Assembly (NCBI GenBank): GCA_032718475.1
Contig: JAUCBJ010001093.1
Coordinates: forward strand, 1 to 64,000
Direction of reading: 5' to 3'
Source: Nemertoderma westbladi
Lineage: Eukaryota > Animalia > Xenacoelomorpha
DNA length: 64,000 nucleotides
The notes under the pieces were generated by a model that saw only the letters and a program-made list of their open reading frames with translations, was not told the DNA's origin and did no database searches. The first letter of the stretch is position 1, and the number at the start of each line of letters is the position of its first letter. Of this stretch, positions 12,307 through 22,364 are shown one piece after another. The position numbers were made by a program, and so were the translations under genes.

Positions 12307-12759
12307 AAGGGGTGTAGGCCGAAGTGAATTAATTGATAACCTACACTACTGGTTGCAAACTGACTGATTGGAAACTGCAACCTGTAGGCGCTACAACGGT
12401 ACATTCTGCTTTTTATTTTGGGTGTTTACTTTCTGTTTGACGATTTGAGTTTAGAGAACATACTGGCCGTCCGGTACCTACCGGTAGCTTCTGCATTTTG
12501 ATTTCACTTTCTCTTTGACGATTTTAGTTTGTGCAGCGTAACACGGTAGGCATCTTCCCGGTAGCCTACCACGGTACATTTCTGTACTTATTTAGGATTT
12601 TACTTTCTGTTTGAGGTTTGACGAGAGCAAAAAATGGTAGGTTACATTTAAATTAGTAGGTGCGAGTAACGGTACATAGATTTCACATTCTGTTTACCTA
12701 AATATTTTAGCTGTGGTCTATTGTATTGCAAACCAGTACTGCAGTATAACCGATTAGAC

Positions 12760-14157
12760 ATGGATGACTTAGATTTAGCTGATCTGGTGTGTTTAGAAAA
12801 TCTCTTCTACGCCAATAATGATCATTTAATTTCTGTGGATTCCACATTGGGAAATGATGAACCTATACCACCAGCTAAACGATTCAGGGATGAGTCATCT
12901 CTTCGATTATCGCAAAACGACAAAACTGATGACGAGTACATATTAACGAACAGAAACGTCCATACCGCTGATTCTACCACTGTTGCTGTCGCAGCATTTC
13001 GAAAATATCTCGACATAAACAATGTCAGCGAAACAATCGAAGAACTGAGCGAGGAATCAAAAAGAGGGGAATTAGCAAAACATTTCAACGGATTTATCCG
13101 TAAGTATAAGAAAAAAACGGGAGAAAAAGTTGAAACGACGACTTTGCGCAGCTATTTTTATGGAGTCCTTCGCAAATTGAAAGATCTAGGGTTAGGAAAT
13201 GCGCTAGAACTTCCTGAGTTTCGTCTTAGTAGAGACATCCTAAAAACTAGATTAGCGGAAACGAAAAGTGCTGGTAAGGGAAATCTTGAAAGAGCCAGTA
13301 ACCCGATGGAGGAAGGCGATTTCAAGGCTATGAGGGAAAAGGGGCTTCTTGGTATGGAGAATCCAAAAATGCTACTCGAAACGTTGTATATCGTACTTAC
13401 AACCCAGTTTGGAGCTCGTCCAGGCGAGGAGATGCGAAAAATACTTGTAGGCGATATAACAAAGCACTATAACACTGAAGAAGGTGTATACTACCTAAAA
13501 CTAAAGGAACGTAGTACAAAGACGCGACACGGCGATTCGGCTCCCAGGGAATTTTCACCAAGTGTTTATGAGTATAAAGCGGATCGAAGTCTGTGTGCAG
13601 TTACACTTCATGATTTCTACATGATGAAACGTTTCCCCGATGGAAAGGTAGATGGTATGCAGCCATATTTCATACGCCCAAAGCATAACACAAAGCCAAA
13701 TGAAAAATGGTTTTGTGATCAACCGGTAGGAAAGCATCAATTCGCTAAAATGTTTAGGAATCTAATAACGAAAGCTGGGTTACAAGGAGGAAAGAAGCTT
13801 ACCCCTATTAGCTGTCGTAAAACGGCAGCCCAAGCATTGGTTGATGGTGGCCAACCAGTTAACCTAGCACAGAAACAGCTAGGGCACAAAAATCTATCCA
13901 CAACGACTTCCTATCTTCGACCATCTACTTCAAAGAAATTTGAAATGAGTCGTCAGTTGAGCCTTTACATGTCGGGATCATCGGCAACTAGTGATGTTAC
14001 ACCATCTACGAGCTTGGGATCGGAATCAGGATCGGTTTCATCGACTTTCATCAGCAATAGTGTGGAGAGTGAGACAGATAGCATCCGGGCAGTGTTTAAG
14101 GATTCGAAGATATTCGGGAATGTCACTGTATACATGAATAAAAAAAATGATGATTAA
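12760..14157 (+). CDS. Crypton-type tyrosine recombinase (DUF3504/CryptonA-like)
   Basis: Open ORF with first ATG at 12760. Motifs are FGARPGEE (R), RSTKTRHG (K), LCAV, WFCDQPVGK, LTPISCRKT (HxxR position), LGHKN (H) and TTSYL (Y). No gag or RT is adjacent. Confidence 0.85.
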   Translation: MDDLDLADLVCLENLFYANNDHLISVDSTLGNDEPIPPAKRFRDESSLRLSQNDKTDDEYILTNRNVHTADSTTVAVAAFRKYLDINNVSETIEELSEESKRGELAKHFNGFIRKYKKKTGEKVETTTLRSYFYGVLRKLKDLGLGNALELPEFRLSRDILKTRLAETKSAGKGNLERASNPMEEGDFKAMREKGLLGMENPKMLLETLYIVLTTQFGARPGEEMRKILVGDITKHYNTEEGVYYLKLKERSTKTRHGDSAPREFSPSVYEYKADRSLCAVTLHDFYMMKRFPDGKVDGMQPYFIRPKHNTKPNEKWFCDQPVGKHQFAKMFRNLITKAGLQGGKKLTPISCRKTAAQALVDGGQPVNLAQKQLGHKNLSTTTSYLRPSTSKKFEMSRQLSLYMSGSSATSDVTPSTSLGSESGSVSSTFISNSVESETDSIRAVFKDSKIFGNVTVYMNKKNDD

Positions 14158-14465
14158 AAGAGACTAACGTTGCTAAATGGAACTTGAATTGTACAGAAAT
14201 TGCAAATTGTAAATTTTAATTTTAAATGAAAAAATAAGTTAATTTTAAAAGGAAATTAATTTCAAAAACTTTTAAAGTAAACCCCGCAAGAAAATATAGT
14301 AAAATAAGTAAACTTATTTTAAAGTAAATTTTAAATTAGCGTGTAAGTTTCGGCGTTATGTTGCCTTTCTTGGTAATTTTTTGCAAATATAAATATCTTA
14401 TTACCACAATTAAATTTTTATATGTAATCAAGGGTTTAGTGTCACGGAGTGAAAGAATAAGTTTG

Positions 14466-15093
14466 GGCATCGGTACACCTTGTGCACACCCCCCACAATT
14501 TTTTTAATAGCTATCTTTTAAAACAATATTTTGTTGAATTATGCTCTAGAACATAATTGACATACAAAAAGTATATTTGACGTTCTGTGGTAGCTAGTAC
14601 TTTTGGACTAGCTAGTGTTTCAAAAATTTCTTTTTTAATATTTCCTAGTCGATGATAGGCCTTATATGCTGCAGAAATTGGCAAAAAAGTAAAATTAAGA
14701 TCAAAGTAGCTAGTATTCTCGAATACTGTTAATATATTGCAACAGAGAGGATAATAATAAAATTTATTTTAATCTATTTTTACAAAATAGCTACTATTTA
14801 AAAAAATACTAGCTACCATGAAAAAAATAAATTTTTCCACAATGTAGATTGCGTTCTGGAACATTATTTCATATAAAAAATCTGAAAGTTTTTACCTATT
14901 TTTACAAAAACACTAGCTAGTTAAAAATATACTAGCTATCATAATAATTCAATATATTTTCTTTGAAATATATATATTTTCAATATATTTTCTAGAACAT
15001 TAATAATTTCTAGAACATTAATAAAGGCAAAAACCTGCTTAAACATAGCTAGTAAAGAAATTGAGGGGGGTGTGCACAAGGTGTACCGATGCC
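14466..15093. mobile_element. MITE with long TIRs and 8-bp TSD
   Basis: TIR GGCATCGGTACACCTTGTGCACACCCCCC and its reverse complement. TAAGTTTG flanks both ends (14458-14465 and 15094-15101). Superfamily (Merlin, hAT or P) is uncertain. Confidence 0.9.
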
Positions 15094-16040
15094 TAAGTTT
15101 GGTTGGCCAGGGCTATACATTGCGTTATTTCGACCTCGCTGTGTTTTTATTTTGTTGAGCACCGGTGGGAGCCCTGGGTTGGACTTTGGACAGGTAATAG
15201 CAAGGCTAGAAACGCTAACTACCGGGGAGATAAATACTGTAGGGGCAGGGGGGGGGGGGGGGGGGGGGGGGGTTCTCTAATCGATTGATTCAAATAGTAA
15301 CTATGGAACTAATCTTGTCAATTTACTGTTATAATAAATATGATAAGATTCAAATGAGGGTGAGTAAAAGGTTGGTCATGTTAAAATATTACAATTTAAA
15401 TAATCGGCATTCGTGGAAGCAACTTAAAATGGACGAATTAAATAATTTGAAATAAGACAGGATTTGAGATCGGATTAAAGCTTTCGAGATTAGGTAAAAT
15501 TCGTACCGGTAGTGCGGTAGTTTTGGAGAATATAGTTTTTATCACTTTTGCGGATGTAAACTGTACTCCCCGGTGGACTGGCCTTTTGAAAAGCATGGAC
15601 CTCTGAAAAGAGGTCAAACGAAGCCAGCGGTCAGTAAAAGTTTACTAATAATTATGAAATTATTACTAAGTTCAGTTTTTCTTTCTGAATTTCATATTGC
15701 ATGTTTCCAAGCCACTCACCTAAATCGGTAAAAATAAATAATATTATTTGTTTTTATTTTTCCCCCAAAAATACCATGCCCCTTTTTTATATCCTCTCCC
15801 CAAAACTATGCCCTTTTAGAAATGTTATAGTATTGGGCATGGGCACAGCCAACAGTGGTGCAGTTTTATATTAGAAAAATTTTGTTTGAAATAATTTATA
15901 CATTGCTTAATATTATAATAATCAACCTTGAAAAGTTTATAATAATGCAATTATTATAAAATAGTTGTGTAATTAGTAAATATTTAATTCAATAGGTTAT
16001 GTAACAACTTAATTATTTACCTGTTATTTTGTTGTTTTTC

Positions 16041-16118
16041 CGGTTGTTTTAACCCAAGGAGTAGGAACTAGCCGAGGCGCAGCCGAGGCTTTCCTACTCC
16101 GAGGGTTTAAAACAACCG
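16041..16118. repeat. Hairpin downstream of the tyrosine recombinase
   Basis: Arms CGGTTGTTTTAA..GGAGTAGGAA and TTCCTACTCC..TTAAAACAACCG around GCCGAGGCGCAGCCGAGGC. Confidence 0.85.
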
Positions 16119-16727
16119 TAAATAATTAATTAATAATAATGACCGTAAATAATTATAGATATTTTCTTTCACACACGATTTTTGTGGCGTTTTTTTGGGT
16201 CAGTGATTCCTTCTGGGGCGAAAAAGTGGGATTACGTCAATAAAAACATCCCAATATAGTGCCAAGGCGGTCAACCGAAACCGATACGTTTGTTTATAAT
16301 TCACGTGGGTTCACCAATACTGATTTTAAATGTTAGCATTCGTGACGGCTGATGGGCGTCCCCCATTAGCTAGAGATGTAAACTCTATATTAAACTAAAT
16401 AATCTTAGTTTTAATACAATATTAATTAAATTACAATAATCAGGTAAATTTACCCACACAGCGATACTAATTACAATAATTACTAATCCGAATAGATGAG
16501 TGAGAATCCGTAATGTGGTTGTGATAGATGGATAGGTCTACATGAGTTACATTAAAGCAAAACTAAATTACAAGAAACCGGTTAACTACATAATGTACAA
16601 AGTTCGTATATAGAGGGGCTAAAATTCGTAAAACATCAAATTCTCTCTCAGAGTAAGAAATACTCTAATACGAACAGACGGTCAATCATCCATCTATTGT
16701 TATAAAAGTAATCTCAAGTCTCCAGGG

Positions 16728-16916
16728 TTACAGTTTTGTACTATCGAGTGTGCTATGCCTCGTCATTTCCGAATTGTAATTGACAGTTCTTTGATTGACA
16801 AAAGCCAAGCGTTGTTGGTTACCCCGGCAACAAACGCGACGAAAGTCCCGACGAAATTGTTGTGACATAATATTATATAATATTGGGTTCACTGCTGAGT
16901 TGAGATAAATTAACAC
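16728..16916 (-). CDS. TRH-receptor-like GPCR, last coding exon (TM7, helix 8, C-tail)
   Basis: Acceptor ctcatag|GTG, phase 0. [30 protein letters not shown] contains NPxxY. Stop at 16728. Confidence 0.92.
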   Translation of the reverse strand: MLIYLNSAVNPILYNIMSQQFRRDFRRVCCRGNQQRLAFVNQRTVNYNSEMTRHSTLDSTKL

Positions 16917-17559
16917 CTATGAGAATTATAAATAAATTAGAAAATAATTTAAGCAAGAGAAAATCCGCCGAAAAATACAAGTTTGAGAACTCTTAAGCAA
17001 CTTTTACTTATTCCATTGAATTCAGAACCCTCACAAACACGCTCACAAACACGTATAACGCAAGTAACAAGATGATTCAGCAATTTATATATGTGATGGG
17101 TTGGTGCTGGCATGAAAATTTGGCACCCACCGAAAACAATTCGTAAAATTCTAGCTTATTTTATATCAATTCCATCTAATAGGAAACATAAAAAAAACCG
17201 GTGTAACTCAAAATATAAATGTTAGAAATCGTATTTCATGAAATGTAATTTTCAAAAAAATGGTGCTATAACTCGAGAAGTTCCCAACATTATGAAAAAC
17301 CGTTTTCACTATTAGAAAGACAATAGATTTTTAGAAAAAGTTGTAAGAATTCAGCATGGGCCACAAGTCTACAATTGTTCATTCTAATAAAGGTGTCAAT
17401 TTTAGGAATGTTTAGTATATTTCCCATTATAACCTTGTCCATGTAATTCCCCATCCGTAATGACACACTCATTGCTTTGTTGCAAGATCTAGTAACTCCC
17501 ACCTCATTATTCATTTCTCATTTAGCAGTGACTATGTATACAGTGTACTATGTACATGT

Positions 17560-20500
17560 ACATGTACACTGCGGTACCGGCACATTGGTGCTGAACGGGA
17601 CTCCGCAGCCCTAACGGTCTACCGGTCTACAGTAAGTAAACCTACTGTAGGGCTATATTGTGGTTTGTGGGGGTGCCAGACCCCGTTTCATTTGTGTGAT
17701 CGATAGGCTACCGGCCTAAAGTATTGTAGCCTACGGAATACCGCCAATTTGGGTGGAATATACCAGTATACCGTGTGTGTACCCACTTCACAGGCACCAT
17801 TCCTTTACTGTATGTGTTAAACGGCATTGGCAGTGTCAGAATGATGCTGAATTCATCGCCACCGGTTCTACGCATTAGACAACCCAAAACAACACACCAA
17901 ACCTATAGTAAAAACAAGCAAACCTCAAGTACCGGTGCCGGTACTTCTTGTTCCGGAACAAAGTGCAAACCTCCTGTGAAACAAAAATTAAACATCGCGA
18001 CAACCCAAACAAACCAGAGGAATTCTTTACATACGGGTAGCAGTAACAGTCCAATCAGTTCTGCAAAGAGAGTCTCCACTGGGACCTTTTCCACCTCACC
18101 ACCGAAATATTCAACAGAGCAGAGACAAACAAACATTAGCTCCAGTACCGGTGCCGGTACAAACACAATGTCTGCTAGTACCGGTAATGAAAATGATGAT
18201 GGCTTCAACATCCACAGTCCAACACCACTAGATTTATCCTATCCCATCAACTGCACACATTTCCCAAGAACAAGCATACCCCTGATAAACTTGGATACCC
18301 CTATACTTCCATACATCCAACTCACCCCTGTAGGCCTCCCACTCCGTTAAACACACCATATCCAGGTAGATACATCCCAGGTACCAACTACATCTCAAAT
18401 AGAAGTATGGTCTAAATCTTTTTCCAGATAACAATACAAATTACTTAAATACTGATGATGTTGTCAGGGCCGTTACGAAACCATGTAACAATATCGACAG
18501 AATATACTTTCCCCCACTGGAGAAAGATCTTCTGACACTTGCCCCAGAAACGTTAGTCACTGACTGTATTATTGACAGCTTTTTGGTAATTCTACAGCGC
18601 CAATTTGACAACATAATATGCATCCCCAACGAATTATACAAAAAACTCCACCAACAAACTTTTGATATAGCATCTGCTATACGATATATCACGAATAACA
18701 GCGATGTCAACAAACTGACAATGCGCCAGAAACAAGGAACTTTAATGCTGTTCCCTAACATTCACAACGGCCACTATATGCTTCACATAGCAACTTTCAG
18801 TTCGAAGAAGGTTTACACCTACTGTTCTATGGTACAAAGGCAAATCACAACTACCACTAACAGTATATGTTCTCTATTGAACATAATAGACAGGGTTGCA
18901 GCTAAGGCAAGCTGCTCAAACATATGTCAATCTGAGTGGAGTGCTGTTTCTCATCCTCGTCCATTCCCCGGCCAAGGCAACACTTTTGATTGTGGCATTT
19001 TCGTGTGTATGTATGCGTTGGCCACTGCCAACCGCACAAACTATATAATTCATGAATTTGATAGAAGCAAGAATCAATATAAGCAATACAGCAAAAAACA
19101 AGGCTATGGCTTAAATCTGGCATTGATGATGTCCTGTGACTTCTCTAGTTCCACCCAACACAATGGGAGTAGAAGCTCAGTACAAACATCCCATATCCAG
19201 AAACCAAAGCGCTCAGTATCGTTGAACAATAGTCTGCCACTGCCACAGACTTATGGAAGAACAGATATATGCAAAATGGGTAACACAGTCACTCCAGCAG
19301 GAAATATCACAGAGTACTTCAAGGAAGTAGGCACTTCCAGTGATTTCATTTCTGCAGCTCGCCAAAGCCACATCATGCAAAACCCAAAAGATTACTTTGC
19401 AAGATCACTTGTACCGCTTGGCTTAAACCTACTCACCCAGTATCAAAATATGCTATTTAAAGATATACAGGATAATATTATTGGCAATTCATCAGGATTG
19501 AGGATATCTCTAATCAACAGAAGGTCCTTAGATGAACTCACACTTGATATCGTCGAGTTTGCCCTAGTCTTAGAAGACAAGTGCCTTACACCTGGTTTCA
19601 AAAAGAGGGTAAATGTGGCGAATGTAGATACATTCAGCATTTTCCAGTTGACTGATTTAGTAACAAATCTACAACTTGAAATTAAATCCCTCACAAAAGA
19701 TTGTAAGGACAAGAGTACATTGATTGAAACCATTCAGACTACTGTTACAGAAATGAAACTAGAACTGGATGAACTCAAAGCACATAACACTTCTCCACCT
19801 CAGCACAAATTGCCTAATATAAAATACAAAAAGAAATCTAGAAAAATACAGGGAAAAGCAGCCACTAACATGTCGAGCAAGAAAACCAAAAAAGACTTCA
19901 CCACTCCAGATGGTAGTACTGGTTCAGACACAAAACTAAATGATGTTCACAACTCTACAAGCTCCAGCTCCTCTATCACTTCTGAAGATGACAATAATAA
20001 AAACCTGCTAAATAATATAAATCCAACTTCCTCAACTCTGTGCGATCCTGGGAATGAGCCATCCATATATGATACAAAGCATAATCGTATAATTTCTAAT
20101 CCAGAGATGAAGTCATTCAACACATTAACTCCTGGAAAATACCACGAAATCCAGCATGCGCTTCTCAGGGAAAACAACAGAGTGCCAAATGCAATCTAAA
20201 AATACCTATCTCAAACAGATTCAGTGAGCTTGGTATTGACACTAAAATATCAACTTTAATAAAACAACAAAACGACTTTCTCAGTAACCTCAATCAGATA
20301 AACTCCAGAGCACAAACTCTAAGATGCAATTCCCAACATTCTCAAGCCTCATGGGTAAACATCAGAAACCATCATAAACTGGACTCCCAAGCAACTGCAA
20401 CTCTCTATCTCTATCTAACTTCTGTCATGGGCAAACTGGAACATTCCCTGCCGATATCAAGGTGAATGATTCACAAGGCACCCAAGGCAGGGTAGCTTTG

Positions 20501-21925
20501 GTCACTGTCCGGCGCCATGAGTTATCTACTTATATCCAAGAATCATTCTGGCCTGGGTCCAATATAAAAATTTATCTTAATCCACCGACAAACAAACAAA
20601 CTCCACACAGCATTTCCCTAACCTTTTCCAATTCGACTGGTACTGCCTCTGGTAATCACCAACATGATTGTCTTGGTAAAGCCTGGACTCAACCCAACCG
20701 TAGGACTACAACCACCGGGAACATGAATATTTCTTCCTCAAAACAGAACCATTACAGCCGTAAAACCCTTCTCCCAACACCTCTCCTGAGACAATCTAGC
20801 AAGTGCCAAATGATCAACCCCTATGTAGCAGTGCAGTCTCTCTGCACCAGCCTCTACAGATCTAACCAACACCGTTGTTAAAATACCACATGCTTGGTCA
20901 ATTTTAATTAAAGACAATCCAGACATTCTCGTTTTGCAAGAACACTTTCTTAGTGCTAGACAAGCTATATTCCACTTTCATCCCCAAAGAATACCACAAG
21001 GGTATAAATGTATATTCTCTGTATCAAATCAAATGTATGTTCCGAAATTAAGGATTCGGGTAGAAGGTGGGGTGGCCATATTCATAAGAGAAACCATATT
21101 CCCATACTGCTCTAGAATAGAAACTGACTCTGACAGGGCAGTTGGTATCTCAGTTAAAGGTTGCTTTAGTGAGAATGTTGTCATTATTGGTGTATATATG
21201 CCGAGTGACTGTGGACTCAATGGCAATCGTGCAGATTATCTGAAAGAATGTGCTCTACTATCTAATATAATAGAAGATTCATCATGCCAGCAAATTATAA
21301 TAGCGGGGGATATTAATGGAACACTCCCCAAAAACAATATGGGGAATATACACTCATCTAATTTTGGAAATATCTTTGAAGACAGTATAAAAAACCACTT
21401 CAACCTGCATATATCCGCTGCAGCAGATATCAGTATATCCCCGCAGATCAAGGAGATATAGACCACACATCAATACGACATCCAATAAGAATGCTTGGAG
21501 AAAACTACACCAAGTGAAGTCACAAATAAAATCCAAAGCAGCAAAAGAACTGTCCAATGGCAACATTGATACAAGCATGCAACACAAGTTAAAGTGTACA
21601 ACAATTCTACAATTGCAAGAAAAGCGTCTCACACACTTTCTAGAGAATCACACTTACTATGAACATATCCAACGGTTGGCCAGTAGTTGTACATCAAATC
21701 ATACCAAATTGTGGAGGATACTAAAATCAGAAAACAAGAAAACGACACCTGACATTAATGCAGACAACCTTCACGCAAGATATACTCAGTTTTTCAGCCA
21801 GGGAGAGGGAGATATAAAACCAATCCTACAACAAGACCAATCTGATAACACTGAGCCTACAGAACTAGTGACTCCCGACATGGTAGCTGAGGCCATCAAA
21901 TCTATGCATAAGGGAATGGCAAAGG
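17560..21925 (+). mobile_element. APE-type LINE, copy A (5' part, 3'-truncated)
   Basis: Long ORF1 region (17775-20199, with stops and frameshifts), then APE motifs ILVLQEH, EGGVAIFI, IIGVYMPS and IIAGDIN. The copy is cut at about 21925 by the dispersed repeat. The 5' boundary is approximate. Confidence 0.75.
18583..20199 (+). CDS. LINE ORF1-region protein with a Ulp1/SENP (C48)-like protease domain and a coiled coil
   Basis: In-frame upstream DLLTLAPETLVTDCIIDSFL, then LFPNIHNGHYML (His), VYTYCSM (Asp position) and PGQGNTFDCGIFVCMYA (Gln/Cys). A heptad-rich stretch LVTNLQLEIKSL..MKLELDELK follows. There is no ATG start, so the ORF is probably broken upstream. Confidence 0.7.
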   Translation: MVILQRQFDNIICIPNELYKKLHQQTFDIASAIRYITNNSDVNKLTMRQKQGTLMLFPNIHNGHYMLHIATFSSKKVYTYCSMVQRQITTTTNSICSLLNIIDRVAAKASCSNICQSEWSAVSHPRPFPGQGNTFDCGIFVCMYALATANRTNYIIHEFDRSKNQYKQYSKKQGYGLNLALMMSCDFSSSTQHNGSRSSVQTSHIQKPKRSVSLNNSLPLPQTYGRTDICKMGNTVTPAGNITEYFKEVGTSSDFISAARQSHIMQNPKDYFARSLVPLGLNLLTQYQNMLFKDIQDNIIGNSSGLRISLINRRSLDELTLDIVEFALVLEDKCLTPGFKKRVNVANVDTFSIFQLTDLVTNLQLEIKSLTKDCKDKSTLIETIQTTVTEMKLELDELKAHNTSPPQHKLPNIKYKKKSRKIQGKAATNMSSKKTKKDFTTPDGSTGSDTKLNDVHNSTSSSSSITSEDDNNKNLLNNINPTSSTLCDPGNEPSIYDTKHNRIISNPEMKSFNTLTPGKYHEIQHALLRENNRVPNAI

Positions 21926-22364
21926 CTAAAAATTTATTACTTAGACGTACATTTTCGGCGGACAAAATGTCATATATTTTTCTTAATTTATGGGATAGCC
22001 TATTCGTGCAATACTTACTGGTACCTGTAGTTACTGTATGGTTTGGTGCAGTTTTCCTTGTGGTAGTTGGGTTGGGAGCACTAAAATCGATTGGTATTTC
22101 ATTTTTTAATAGGCCTTAGTGCCTGAGTACTAACAGTGGCCCAAGTGGCCCTAAATGCTAGGTAGTATCTGAGGCAATAAGACCCCTTTCCTATTTTATT
22201 GTTTTCAATTTTCTTGGCATTCCTGTTCCTTTGATCTCTGATCTATCCCTGAAAAATAAGTCTAAGATTGACTATGGATACCAGAGGCCTATGTGTGGAC
22301 AAAGTCGGTCTCTTGGTTATTAGGACAGTTGTTGTATGTGATTAATATCCTTCTGCACTGTATT

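Noticed and set aside
12760-14157. Phage integrase, bacterial contamination or DIRS element
   Set aside because: The motifs (WF...PVGK, LTxxSxRKT) fit animal Crypton/DUF3504, the context is eukaryotic, and no linked gag or RT is present.
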